Shown here: in pieces, positions 24,181-36,220 of the stretch
How positions within the stretch are numbered: position 1 is the stretch's first letter
Layout: the number at the start of each line of letters is the position of its first letter
Origin: Eledone cirrhosa
Taxonomy: Eukaryota
NCBI GenBank assembly: GCA_964016885.1
Contig: OZ024747.1
Location: 23,994,001-24,058,000, forward strand
Reading direction: 5' to 3'
DNA: 64,000 nt
Position numbers and translations under genes: made by a program
Notes under the pieces: model-generated
What the model was told of the DNA's origin: nothing
The model's database searches: none
What the model saw: the letters and a program-made list of their open reading frames with translations, nothing else

Positions 24181-24345
24181 GAAGTGACTTCAATTCCGCT
24201 AAAGCTAATATATAAATTTAGTAGTGAGTTGTGGAGTGGCGTAATAATACATATTACCGTGGACCAATGAAGTATTGCCAAGTTCTACTGGAACTCGGTT
24301 CATTTCTGACTGACACGTTAAACTTAAAGATTCCTGTTGACGTGA
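24181..24345 (-). promoter_or_regulatory. PDIA4 core promoter with ER-stress elements
   Basis: Inr-like TCACTTC (A at 24185) with TATATATT starting 29 nt upstream (24214). Perfect ERSE-II ATTGG-T-CCACG (24258-24268, -). ERSE-like CCAAT-N9-CCAAG (24264-24282, +). UPRE TGACGTGA (24338-24345, +). Confidence 0.75.
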
Positions 24346-24443
24346 CAATCGTCTAACTTCATGTCGCACACACACACACCCCCATATATATATAGATATA
24401 TATATGTACACACACACATATATACACATATATACATATATGC

Positions 24444-24474
<31 letters not shown>

Positions 24475-24776
24475 CCATCATCATCACCGTTTTACGTCCG
24501 TTCTTCCACGCTAGCATGGGTTAGACGGGTTGTCCTGTTGTGGGCAGTGTTAGGTCGGCTGACCTTGTCTTGCTCATACAGAAACTGATTCTGGCTTGAT
24601 TTCTACAGCTGGATGCCCATCCTAACACCAACCTCATTTACAGTGAGTGCTGGGTGCTTTTTTTTCGTAGGGAACCTACACGTCGACTTTACAGTGTGGG
24701 CTGGGTGCTTTTTTGCCGTGGCACCTCCACGACCACTTTGCAGTGGAATGCCACCACTTTATATATGCCAAGCTGG

Positions 24777-24865
<89 letters not shown>

Positions 24866-25226
24866 GATGTATATGATGATGATATATATATATTGTCCAA
24901 CTTGGCACCGGTGTTGCCAAATGAGTTGCCAAAACAAGGTTGGATATAACATCAAACTGCCTTAGGGACTCCAGCTTCAGATTAATTCTCAGGGTTTACT
25001 CCTGAAGCTGGTCCCATAAGTGGGTATAGCTGCAAGGCTGTAGAGGTTTAAAATCAAAGTTTGCCATCTCCTGGATGGACTTCCTTCCTATGGTGACAAG
25101 TTTGATCTATCCAAAGGTAGAAGGCACCAGAACCAGCCTTTCTTCAGTTAGTAGGGACAGCTCATCCCCACTACCATCCTTCGACTCAGCAACCTTGGAA
25201 CCTTTATATATGTATATATATATATA

Positions 25227-25304
25227 CAGGGTGTCTAAAAAAATGTATACACACTTCAACAGCATTCTAATAAATATGTGTATACATTTTTTTTGGATAC
25301 TCTG
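25227..25304. mobile_element. Tiny Tc1/mariner-type MITE
   Basis: TIRs CAGGGTGTCTAAAAAAATGTATACAC / GTGTATACATTTTTTTTGGATACTCTG in a TA context. Confidence 0.6.
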
Positions 25305-26970
25305 TCTATATATATGCCGTAATTAACACCCATTATATAAAATAATAATACCATTATTTTCATCTGAAATCAAATTAGATAATTGCTCACTTTTCGACAA
25401 ATGTAAGGAATTTGAAAATGTTTACCATCATTTCCCTAATTCTAACACCATAATTGGTCTACATTGAAATCCATTTTAAGGATTTGCTTATAGTTCAGAC
25501 AATAAGCAGTTACAGAGATTGTATATGTAGGTTACACTATATATATAGAGTCAGGTGGGTTATTTGCTACAAGTTTTAGTTCTCCTAAGTATAGCATGTA
25601 CAATACATGTACATGTAAATTCACGTGACCATATATTATATGCAGGGGTGAATTAAGCTCGCATAGAAACCCATGGTTGACCATTTCATTGGAGCACTTG
25701 TCACATTAAATTAATTTGGTAGTAAATAAAATTAATTTGGAGCCCTTCAAATATTGTAGGGCTCTTGGCTACAGCTCACACACACATGCACATACATGCG
25801 GGTGTGCGCACACACACACACACGCACATGCACACCTTAATCTGCCACTGGTTACATGTTAGTGTATACATGCCAATATTCTAATTCTTATTTCATTCCC
25901 TGGAACAGAAATCAATTTAATTCAATGTTAGTTTTGTATTTAAGTGTGTATTGTTCATTGGATGCATGCATAGCTTAGTGGTTAAGAACTCTGGTTTACA
26001 AACATGAGGATCTGTGTGGCATCTTAGACAAATGTCTTTACCATAGCTTCAAGTGAACCATTTGTATTATGAGTGAGATTTGGTAGATGAAAACTGTATG
26101 GAAGCTTATCAGATGGATTGTACCTATAATTCAAATATCCAGCCTTGTCATGTTTTGTATCATACTGATTCAGCTTGAGAATTATGTTAAAGATATTCAA
26201 GTCTATTGAATATACACAAGTCACTAAAACATTAATTCATGAGATGGATATTCAGTCGATTGAACAGCTGAATGCTTTGTGTCAAAACCAATGAAGGATC
26301 CATCACCACCATTACTTGTTGGTGGATATTCTTAATGCAAGAATATCTATTATAAGTTTCTCAAATTACCAAGTGACATAGACAAATTGACCTAGGATAT
26401 TACTGCTATTTCGGGAGAGGGGTTTAGTGATGAGGTTGTTTGGCCCATGATCATGTTTAATAACTGGCAGCACTCCAGTTCACTCAGGTGGAAAAAAATT
26501 GCTGCACCTGTAATTTAAAGGGCCAGCCTGGTTATATATACTGTCATGTTGAATCTCCCTGAGAAATATGTTAAAAGTACACATGTCTATGAAATGCTCA
26601 GTTACTCTCATGTTAATTACATGTGCAGGCTGTTTCATTGACGTTGAGTACGCTTTGATGGAACTGATGGGTATCCAAGAACAACAGTTACTTGTATTCA
26701 GTTAGAGATAAGACTCCAGTTAATGGAAAAGTACTAACAACATTAGTGGAGATTGAACTATGACAATAGATATTGGATTGTATTGAATTTGGTGCTCATC
26801 TCTCTCTCTCTCTAGCCCCTCTCCCCACTTCAGTTTGTGTGTATGTGCATATATATTTGTATATGTGTGCATGTGTTTGAGTGTGATACACTTCTATTTT
26901 ATAGTCAGTTTCAAATGAACTCTTTCTTAGAAACATATTGACTCAAGCTGTTACATCATTCTGTCTGTAT

Positions 26971-27033
<63 letters not shown>

Positions 27034-27058
27034 CTCTCTCTCTCTCTCTCTCCCTCTT

Positions 27059-27093
<35 letters not shown>

Positions 27094-28191
27094 CCCTCCC
27101 TTATCTCTCTCTCCATCTGTCACCTTTCATATAAATCATTATATCTGTCTACATCTATCTACTTATCAGTCTAGATATATATCACTGTCAGTTTCTATGT
27201 ATGTATGTATGTATGTATGTATGTATGTATGTATGTATGTATGTATGTATGTATGTATGAATGTGTGAATATATGTGTACATATGTATATATGTATGTGA
27301 ATAGCACCTCCACCACCACCATCACCACCACCACCACCACCACCACCACCACCACCACCACCACCAACATCAACACCAATACCTCCACCAGCACCAACAT
27401 AACAGCCACCACCACCACCATCCACCATATATATTTGGTGTTATGTTACATATGAAACAATACGTTGTTGGGGATAAAATATTGATGTTGTTTACCTCCA
27501 GGTGATCCCTACTAAAACAGAGCTATCAGCAAATGTATTCCAATCGTAACCAGCCCACTCAAAACTTCTCCTGGGTCTATGACCCCCCCCCCCAAAAAAA
27601 AAAGAAAATCAGCGATTTTAAAGGTTCCTATTTAAATTAATACCTTCTGACATACATTTTCAGCTTTTCATATATTATGTTAAAAATAATTAATATTGTT
27701 AATATATCCTTCAAATTCATTCTTCATTAATTAATTGAAATTAAGCATATTTCATTAGAAATTCAGTTACAAAGGGGTTAAAACAGCATATATCATTAGA
27801 AATACGACCAAGAAAGAGTTAAAATTGCGCATTTAAAACTAAAATTGTTTCTACTTTTGGCACAAGGCCAGCAATTATCCTAGTGTATTACTGGTACTTT
27901 ATTTTATCGACCCTGTAAGGATGAAAGGCAAAGTTAACCTCGGCGGGATTTGAACTCGGATCATAAAGGGAGGTAACTCGATGCTTCAAAGCATGGCGTC
28001 CGAACCTCTACCGATACTGCCAATCCAAACTATAATGCCCTTTTAGTTTAACAGCAGTCAGAGAAAATTGTCAAGGGAAACACCTGTTCATAGAGTAAAA
28101 CCTAAGTTATTTCCCTTTATGATATTCTAGTCATTTAAATTCTACCCGGAATTATATTGAGTACCTGTGTGTGTGCGTGTGTCTGTGTGTT

Positions 28192-28237
<46 letters not shown>

Positions 28238-29302
28238 ACTGCCGCTTTCTTTCCTATAATCTAAGGAAAGAGCCGTTGTTGTTTTTGTTGGTGCAGTCGT
28301 TGCTGCTGCTGTCTATTTCATTTGATTACATTCCAGATTACGTTTGGTCTGAAAAAAACTGCACAAATCAGTAATAAATATTTCTAAAACAGACACAAGG
28401 CCACACATTTTCAGAGGAGGGGGGGGGGGGGGGGCTTGTTCTAAATTTCAAATCGACGCGAAGAGTTAAACAACGGTATAAGCTCCCGACTGTCAGCCCT
28501 GGTCCTGTGGTCATGTGGGGTCCACCAGTCATCCATATTTTGGAGTTCTCTTGTATCAGGAGGACTGTATATCATCATAACGTTTTTCCTCGCCCGATTC
28601 CTATGTCAACTTCAACACTTTATGTAATCTGTCTTTGTAATGTCCCCTCATTCGGCACCCTTGTGGCAAATGGTAATTAGTTACGACAGTCAGGTTCTGA
28701 GTTCAAATCTCACCGAGGTTAACTTTGTCTTTCCCACTTCTAGGGTCGATAAAATAAAGTACCAATAAAATACTGGGTAGATATGAACGACTTTCCCTTT
28801 TACCTAAATTACTGACCTTGTGCCAATGTTAGAAAGAATTATTATTATCTATTTGTTTATTTTCTTCCCAGAAACCGCTCATAGATTAACTCCCCCCTAT
28901 ATAATGGTTCCTTTTATAGGCACAAGGCCAGCAATTTTTGGGGAAGGGAAAGTCGATTAAATCAACCCAGTGCGTGACTGGTACTTTATTTTATCGACCT
29001 CGTAAGAATGAAAGGCAGAGTTAATCTCGGCGGGATTTGAATTTAGATCATAAAGGGCCGCAAAGCATGGCGTCCGATCCTCTACCGATACTGCCAATCC
29101 ACCACCCTCCCTCCCTCCCGCCTATAAAATACAATGTGTCTAATGGGTGGAAATAATTGTATGAATGAATCAAATCGTTGAACCGTGTCTGTTTATTCAT
29201 CTCTTCTGAAGGTAACCTCTGAACATTAATGAAAATTAATGAAGCTTAAGTACATGCACTTTTTGGTGAGTTGTGGTGCACCTGGGTACTGTACACAATA
29301 TT

Positions 29303-29354
<52 letters not shown>

Positions 29355-29834
29355 ATCATGACTCATACACTGTTCATTTTCCTGACATTTGTACATTATT
29401 CTATGTACTATACATGCACCTTTGATGAGTTGTAGTGCACCTGAGCACTGTACACAATAATTTCATTATTATTATTTATTATTTAATACATTTTACATTT
29501 GATAATCATACATCATACAATTGAATCTACTTTCTGGTTTGTAGAGAATATCGGCTGTTTTAATACAGAAATGTGATATTGGATCTCCGTCTATTACGAC
29601 GATACATGTTCCAGCCTTCTCTCCAAATAAACCTGAAAATGGCTGAGCATTCTATTGACATGCGAACCTGTAATGTAGTTCTCAGGGAGATTCAGCGTCA
29701 CACAATGTTTGACAAGACTGGCTAGCTTGATTTTACAGATACAACTCACTTTTGTCACTAGAGTAGACTAAAACAACGGGAAAAAAGCGTCTGTTTAAAG
29801 AGATAAGAATGGTCTCTCTCTTTCCCGCCCGCTC

Positions 29835-29921
<87 letters not shown>

Positions 29922-29934
29922 ACACACACATACA

Positions 29935-30146
29935 TATATATGAAAAGATTCAGGACCCCGACAGCTGAGCTCCGGTCGTTTCGACAGCTAGATCCAAATT
30001 CATTTCGGATTTAGCTGTCGAAACGGCCGGAGCTCAGCCGTCGGGGTCCTGAATCTTTTCATATATACCCACTCTACTACCCCAAGTATCGAGTACTTTG
30101 GTGCGTTATCGTCCACCTGGTATCTTACCACACCCTTTTTGTTATA
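29935..30146. mobile_element. Palindromic short element between microsatellites (family also at 60950-61137 and 14700-14850)
   Basis: ~60-bp arms 29935-30066 followed by a tail CCACTCTACTACCC.AAGTAT.GAGTACT.TGGTGCGTTAT.GTCCA.CTGGT..CTTACCACA...GTTATA(TA)n that is shared with 61056-61137. Confidence 0.75.
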
Positions 30147-30193
30147 TATATATATATATATATAGTTATGTAATAAACAACATAAGATAATTA

Positions 30194-30253
30194 TTTCATT
30201 TACCAGTGGTTTCTTGAAAGCAAACAAATTTGCTTTCAGTCATCAGAATGAAA
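30194..30253 (-). ncRNA. Type I hammerhead ribozyme
   Basis: TTTCATT-CTGATGA-c-TGAAAGCAAA tttg TTTGCTTTCA-a-GAAACC act GGTA^AATGAAA: 7-bp stem I, 10-bp stem II, 3-bp stem III, GUA triplet. Confidence 0.85.
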
Positions 30254-30392
30254 AAATCCTGGTGTATTTTATACACCAGGATTTTTTCATTAATAGATGC
30301 ATGCATACATCACATATACATATTTATATCTATTTATCTATGAGACAGTTCGATCGCTTATTAGTTATGTAATAAACAACATAAGATAATTA

Positions 30393-30452
30393 TTTCATTT
30401 ACCAGTGGTTTCTTGAAAGCAAATAAATTTGCTTTCAGTCATCAGAATGAAA
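30393..30452 (-). ncRNA. Type I hammerhead ribozyme, tandem copy 199 bp from the first
   Basis: Same fold as 30194-30253 with one loop II difference. Confidence 0.85.
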
Positions 30453-30647
30453 AAATCCTGATGTATAAAATGCACCAGGATTTTTTCATTCAAATTTGTT
30501 TCAACAAATTTATTTGCTTTCAAGAAACCACTGGGAAATGAAATAATTATCTTATGTTGTTTATTACATAACTAATAAGCTCTGTAACCTACATAGAGCA
30601 CTCTTTTTTCCTGGACCTTTCCGACAGAATTACTTCACACACACACA

Positions 30648-30772
<125 letters not shown>

Positions 30773-30865
30773 ACACACACAGACACACACATATATATAT
30801 ATATATATACATATATGTCTGTTACTCTATCTATCTGTCTGTCTATCAATCTATCTATCTATATC

Positions 30866-31320
30866 AGCCTGTAGGTTGAGGAAAAGGAGGAGGAGAGGAA
30901 AGGAGTACAAACTCTTCGTACTCCTGGAGATGAGGGTTGCACATTTTTTTCGGGGGTCTGTGTTACCCATATAAACTGTCTCCCTCTATTGGGGAAAATC
31001 GACTAACTTTTAAATTCCATCTGTGATAACATTTTACACGTTTTTATTGTATGTAAACTTCCCCCTTTGTATTTGTCCCCTTCTTTTGTGCCCCTGTGGC
31101 TAATAAAGAAATATATCTATCTAGTGATTGAACTGTCTGATAGATAAATAGATATAAATATGTATATGTGATGTATGTATGTATGTATGTATGTATGTAT
31201 GTATGTATGTATGTATGTATGTATGATTATACAAGCACACGTTTTTATTGTATGTAAACTTCCCCCTTTGTATTTGTCCCCTTCTTTTGTGCCCCTGTGG
31301 CTAATAAAGAAATCTATATG
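30866..31320 (+). mobile_element. 3'UTR-only fragments of a Tx1-like LINE (two 3' ends)
   Basis: Aligns by eye to 44268-44540 (AGCCTGTAGGT...GGGTTGCACA..TTTTTTCGGGGGT...TGTAAACT.CCCCCTTTGTA.TTGTCCC...GTGGC.AATAAA.GAAA); flanked by (TCTA)n and (TATG)n. Confidence 0.8.
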
Positions 31321-31389
31321 TATGCTTGTATATTCGCCATCGAAATGGTTTAAGCTTGACCGTAGGTCTTATGTGTTACACGTAATCCT

Positions 31390-31910
31390 CTTCTCGTCCA
31401 CTTATTCCTGAGAGGGTCGTGGGGTCAGAGACCTCAAACACTCCTTCCAGCGGTTCTTGACAGAAGCAACCGTCTCCAACTGATCGCGCTGGATCTCCAT
31501 CTTGCTCGGGGTCTCTTACAGGTTAGTTTTGTCTCTAAAATCTGTCCAGTGATTCTATCCTGAGATATTCTGACCACATGCCCACAGTATCGGAGCTGTG
31601 ATCTCTCAATTCGGAGACGTAGCAGCTCTACATCGAGTGGCTCCCTAATCTCCGAGTTAGACACTTTATCAAGTACGCTACTCCGAAGACCCTTCGGAAG
31701 AATCCCATTTCGGCCTCTTGTATTCGCGATCATATTCTTTCGGTAATTATCCACGATTCATGACCATAGGTAAGGGTTGGCAGGAAAACCGAATTGTAGA
31801 TAGTTTGGCTTTGATGTCTACCTCCCTTCTTTTGGTCACTGAATACTGAAGTTGGCGCATTTCTGCACCAACGTTTGCAATTCCTGCACTAAACTCAGCC
31901 TCCTGCCCCC
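31390..31910 (-). mobile_element. RTE-clade LINE 3' fragment
   Basis: Encodes DKVSNSEIREPLDVELLRLRIERSQLRYCGHVVRI...KRPR. Confidence 0.75.
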
Positions 31911-31997
31911 ATCACTTGTCTGACACTGATACTAATATATATATATATACATATACTAATATATATACATATACTAATATATATATATATACATATA

Positions 31998-32100
<103 letters not shown>

Positions 32101-32226
32101 AGGAAGTGAGTTTTATTGTAGTACAATAAAGCAATGCAGATATCGGATAAGAAGCCCTCTACAGTTTGTGGGACTGGAGTATACATAATATATAAGAACA
32201 AAAGATGGTTAAAAGAGTTCCATGTA

Positions 32227-32293
32227 TTTTATTATGCGCATTTCAAAAACAAATATCATCATGCAATAATATTTGTGTTTTCATCAGATAAAA
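32227..32293 (-). ncRNA. Type I hammerhead ribozyme (diverged relative of 47380-47445)
   Basis: TTTTAT-CTGATGA-AAACACAAATATTAT..GATGATATTTGTTTTT-GAAATGCGCATA^ATAAAA, with palindromic stem III ATGCGCAT. Confidence 0.8.
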
Positions 32294-32672
32294 CAGGAAG
32301 ACATGATATGAAGGTTAAAAAACACTTGTGGATAGTGCAGTTTTAAATCAACATATGAAAAGTAGTTTTAGATTGATGTGTGATATTGGGAAAAATATTT
32401 TATTTTGAGGGTGGGTGGGGTGGGGTGGAAAGGATGAAAAAGAAGAGGAGATGAGAGTAAAAAGTGGAGAGGGAGGAGTATAATGAGGAAGGATGAGATA
32501 GGAGGAGAGATGGGTGATAGAGAGAGAGAGATAGCTTTTATAACTGAGAAAGATATATTGTTTTACATAGAGAGGTTGAAAACCGTTGGAAGATAATGTA
32601 TAAATTAAAAGAATTTAAAAATTAACGAAGAGAAAAATAATGTAAAGTTAAGGTTTGTATATTGAAGGGTTT

Positions 32673-32711
<39 letters not shown>

Positions 32712-32742
32712 TTGGAGCTCTGGAATAGCAATATATATATGG

Positions 32743-33282
32743 ATGTATATATAATGTATTTTGCAATACACTTTATGCTTAATTAAAAGCATTTTGAAGA
32801 CCGTAAGCTATTGTTTTAAAGTAGTGACAAATTCACTCACTTTGATCTCAGCAAACAGAGGAGATAAGCCGACAAGACTTGTTTCGCTTTGGTTGAAGCT
32901 TATCAAGGCCAACTACCCCACCTGTTTGCTGAGATCATTGATGTTATATTCTTATAGAAATCTAGTAAATAATCAGGAGCTGATTATGCAGAGCGGTTGT
33001 TGGTCAGGCAGAAATTAAAAACCAACAACCGCTCTGCATAATCAGCTCCTGATTATTTACTAGATTTCTATAAGAATATAACATCAATGATCTCAGCAAA
33101 CAGGTGGGGTAGTTGGCCTTGATAAGCTTCAACCAAAGCGAAACAAGTCTTGTCGGCTTATCTCCCCTGTTTGCTGAGATCAAAGTGAGTGAATTTGTCA
33201 CTACTTTAAAACAATAGCTTACGGTCTTCAAAATGCTTTTAATTAAGCATAAAGTGTATTGCAAAATACATTATATATACAT
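32743..33282. repeat. Near-perfect palindrome, 262-bp arms, 16-nt spacer, flanked by (TA)n
   Basis: 32743-33004 is the reverse complement of 33021-33282, which explains the mirror-image ORFs in the track. Confidence 0.95.
33089..33181 (+). ncRNA. Hammerhead-like ribozyme with U3:A8 core variant (mirror copy at 32844-32936, -)
   Basis: TTGATAA-GCTT caacca AAGC-GAAAC aa GTC^ enclosed by a long stem I (GATCTCAGCAAACAGG / CCTGTTTGCTGAGATC). The base of stem I is imperfect. Confidence 0.6.
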
Positions 33283-33347
33283 ATATATATATATTGTTAT
33301 ACTTTGGGAGGGTCATGTTGCCAATAAGAAACACACGCACATATATA

Positions 33348-33418
<71 letters not shown>

Positions 33419-33673
33419 GAGCATCCGATTCCAGACTCAGGATCGATCATTAATCGATCGTTCCTCGAGCTGATCGGCAGTGAAACATATGTAATATGTA
33501 ATTAAATATGTATATGATGCAACACTGATTATTTGTTCCTTTATATATTATCATTATATACATATATATGTATATATACATATATATACATACGTATGTA
33601 TGTATGTATGATGGTATGTATGTATGTATGTATGTATGTATGTATGTATGTATGTATGTATGTATGTATGTAT

Positions 33674-34273
33674 GTCAGGTCACCAGTTGGTGCTACTGGT
33701 AACATGTATCCCAGTACAACCTGTCTCATGGTCGGGTCGTTGGCGACTAAACTGGCAACCCTACAAAAGTTTTCTTGGTGAGGAGGGTGACTTTGGACAT
33801 CCTGCAAGACTAAAAACAAAACCTGTCAAAGAACAAAGGAGCTCTTAAGAGTCAATGGCCATCCAAAATCACCGGGAGAGATGACCCCTTAGCCTTTGTC
33901 AAGGCAGAATTCTAGAACTCTGATATAACACCTGCAACCCTGATGGTATCCAATGATGTTGACTTGTTCTTCTTTTTGGTAAATATCATCTTGGTTAAGA
34001 GAGTGGTACTGGATTTGTGCAGTGCCTTTGCTCACTATAAAAGCTTCACGGCACAGGCATTGCTTTATATCTGGAGATCTCTCTGTACTTGTCGTCACAT
34101 GGTACCATGGGCCTAGAACTATATGTCAATAATTGTCACAAGTGTAATGTTTGTACCAGAGTTTTCAAGTCGCTGGCTGGACTAAAAAGTCACACTCGTT
34201 CAGCGCATCGGTAGGGGTTCTCATACATGGATATAAAGTAGTGGCCGTACTCGAAAACGAGTTGGCAGCCACC
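33674..34273 (+). mobile_element. Non-coding retroposon family embedded in (TATG)n
   Basis: Homologous end-to-end to 62226-62748 (GTCAGGT...GTGCTACTGGTAACATGTA.CCCAGTACAACCTGTCTCATGGTCGGGTC...GCAGCCA.C); both copies have (TATG)n on both sides. Confidence 0.75.
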
Positions 34274-34808
34274 ATGTATGTATGTATGTATGTATGTATG
34301 TATGTATGTATGTATGTATGCATGCATGCATGTATGTATGTATGTATGTATGTATGTATGTATGTATGTATGTATGTATGTATGTATGTATGTATGTATG
34401 CATGCATGCATGCATGCATGCATGCATGCATGTATGTATGTATGTATGTATGTATGTACACGCGCAAACAAACATACACTCGTTAGTCACAAAACATCTT
34501 TATCAGTGACAAATCAACGGAAATATTCCAATTCACGCATTTCTAAATAAAAACAAAATGTAAATGATAGTTACTTAGCAACAAACATGATAATGATTCG
34601 GTCATTCTCAGCGAGTCACGTTTAAACATGCACACGCACCTACACACACACATACACACACACACCTACACACATACACACCTACACACATATTGTTATA
34701 TTTGGGAGAGTCATGCTGCTAGTAAAAACACACGCACATGTTGGTTTTCGCTTATTATAAACTTCCAGTTGGTTAGTTTAATAACCAGAGGGATGTTTAT
34801 TTGTTTAC

Positions 34809-34853
34809 AGTCAAAGCTCTTTCGTCACACAATATGTGACCTCCTCAGTGACT
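34809..34853 (-). ncRNA. Minimal type I hammerhead ribozyme
   Basis: AGTCA-CTGAGGA-G-GTCACA tattg TGTGAC-GAAAG ag CTT^TGACT. Confidence 0.75.
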
Positions 34854-35316
34854 AATTTGTTATTTTATGTCTCACTTGTTCTGTTCTACACCACCTTGCT
34901 TTTGTGAGTTGTGTGCTGTGTATTTGGGTTACGTATGCGTTATATGCGTGTGTGTTTTTATTTATTTATTTATATGTTTATTTACTTGTCACTGGTTTGT
35001 TGTTTGTTTTATTAGTTTGGTTCTTGTGTGTCTCTATGTCTTTATCTTGTCTTTAATTACTAGTTGTGATGTCGTTGTTATTCCACTCATGTTTTCTATT
35101 TAGTTTTAGTTGAGTTCGTTTATGTTGTCACTTCTGTAATCTGTTGGAGCATTTTATTTCTATATTCTCTCCATGTTGGTGAAGTACTGATGAGTTTTTC
35201 CCATCTTGGAGTTCTCGCCAGTATCCATTTATCTCATATATTACCGACAGTCTCACCTATGTAATTTGTGTTTTCATTCCTACACTGTCCCTTCGTACAT
35301 CTTATGCTATATATTC

Positions 35317-35550
35317 AGGGGCAGTGGTACTATGGGCACACAGGGAGCATCCCCCCTTCCCCCACAAAAAAACTACCAAAACACACATCTATTTGTATAC
35401 GCGCTACAATTTATGTACATGTTATGTTTATCACATATCCAACTTTTTAATATCTTGGTTGATATTTGATAATAACAGCTAAATTAATCACCACAACTAA
35501 ATGGACCAAATTTGCCCCTCCCCCATTCAGAAATGCTCCCACCTCCCCTG
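35317..35550. mobile_element. MITE with CAGGGG...CCCCTG termini
   Basis: Terminal inverted repeats; interior is related to ~37715-37960(-) and ~38530-38610(-). Confidence 0.55.
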
Positions 35551-35586
35551 ACACTACGTCCTTAGTTTTGCAGTAAATATATATCT

Positions 35587-35617
<31 letters not shown>

Positions 35618-35989
35618 TATATATATAATCACACAGAATGTTCAACTATTAACAACGAACAATAAGCATCTCTTTTTATCAATGCACAGTAAACAAATAC
35701 ATTTTTCTGTAGAAAAGTGGAAAATGAACATTTCTTTATAGTGAACAGCGAATGGTGTAAAATATTTATTTAAGCTTTATTTACAATTGTATAAATAACA
35801 TTATAAATGGGGAAGGAATAAAGAAGTTGCAGATCTGACTGTGTGAGGAAGTAGAAGAAAGGACTGTAAAAGCCGTAAATGAGAGGAAAATGAGGGGAAA
35901 AGCAAGAACTCTAGCGCCAAGGAGAAAAGGAGGGGGAAGAGGAGAGGTTGATGGGCTCTGGACGTAGGGCGCGGTGACCTCTCCTCGCG

Positions 35990-36220
35990 GGGCCCCTACC
36001 TCAGACGGGTTGATGATGTTCCGATCTTGCCGAGGAGCTCAACAGTACGGGGTCCGAAGACGCCCGAGGTCTCGACGGCGACCAATGTGAAGAAGAAACG
36101 GCCGGACAATCCCCGGTATTTGTTTGTCTTCCTTTCCTCTGCATTGCGGACCGCAGTACCGGGGTTTGTGGGCAAAACGACTAAGTTGGAGGCGGGGAAC
36201 GTGTCACAATATGTAGCGTC
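35990..36220 (-). mobile_element. C-terminal restriction-like endonuclease fragment of a CRE-type non-LTR retrotransposon
   Basis: DATYCDTF.AS...PGTAVRNAEERKTNKYRGL...FTLVAVETSGVFG matches the D.T..DT / AE..K..KY / F.P.A.ET.G..G pattern. Confidence 0.7.

Noticed and set aside
30017-30040. Hammerhead in the 29935/60950 family
   Set aside because: GAAAC and a hairpin are present, but there is no CTGANGA strand and no valid NUH triplet.
32761-33264. Two identical 85-aa ORFs on opposite strands (likewise 47362-47687)
   Set aside because: They are a by-product of DNA palindromes, with non-ATG starts and no protein features.
35187-35225. CTGATGAG...CTC hammerhead-like motif (also 48545-48572 on - and 51585-51628 on -)
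   Set aside because: The GAAA half of the core is missing or mutated; at best these are decayed relics.
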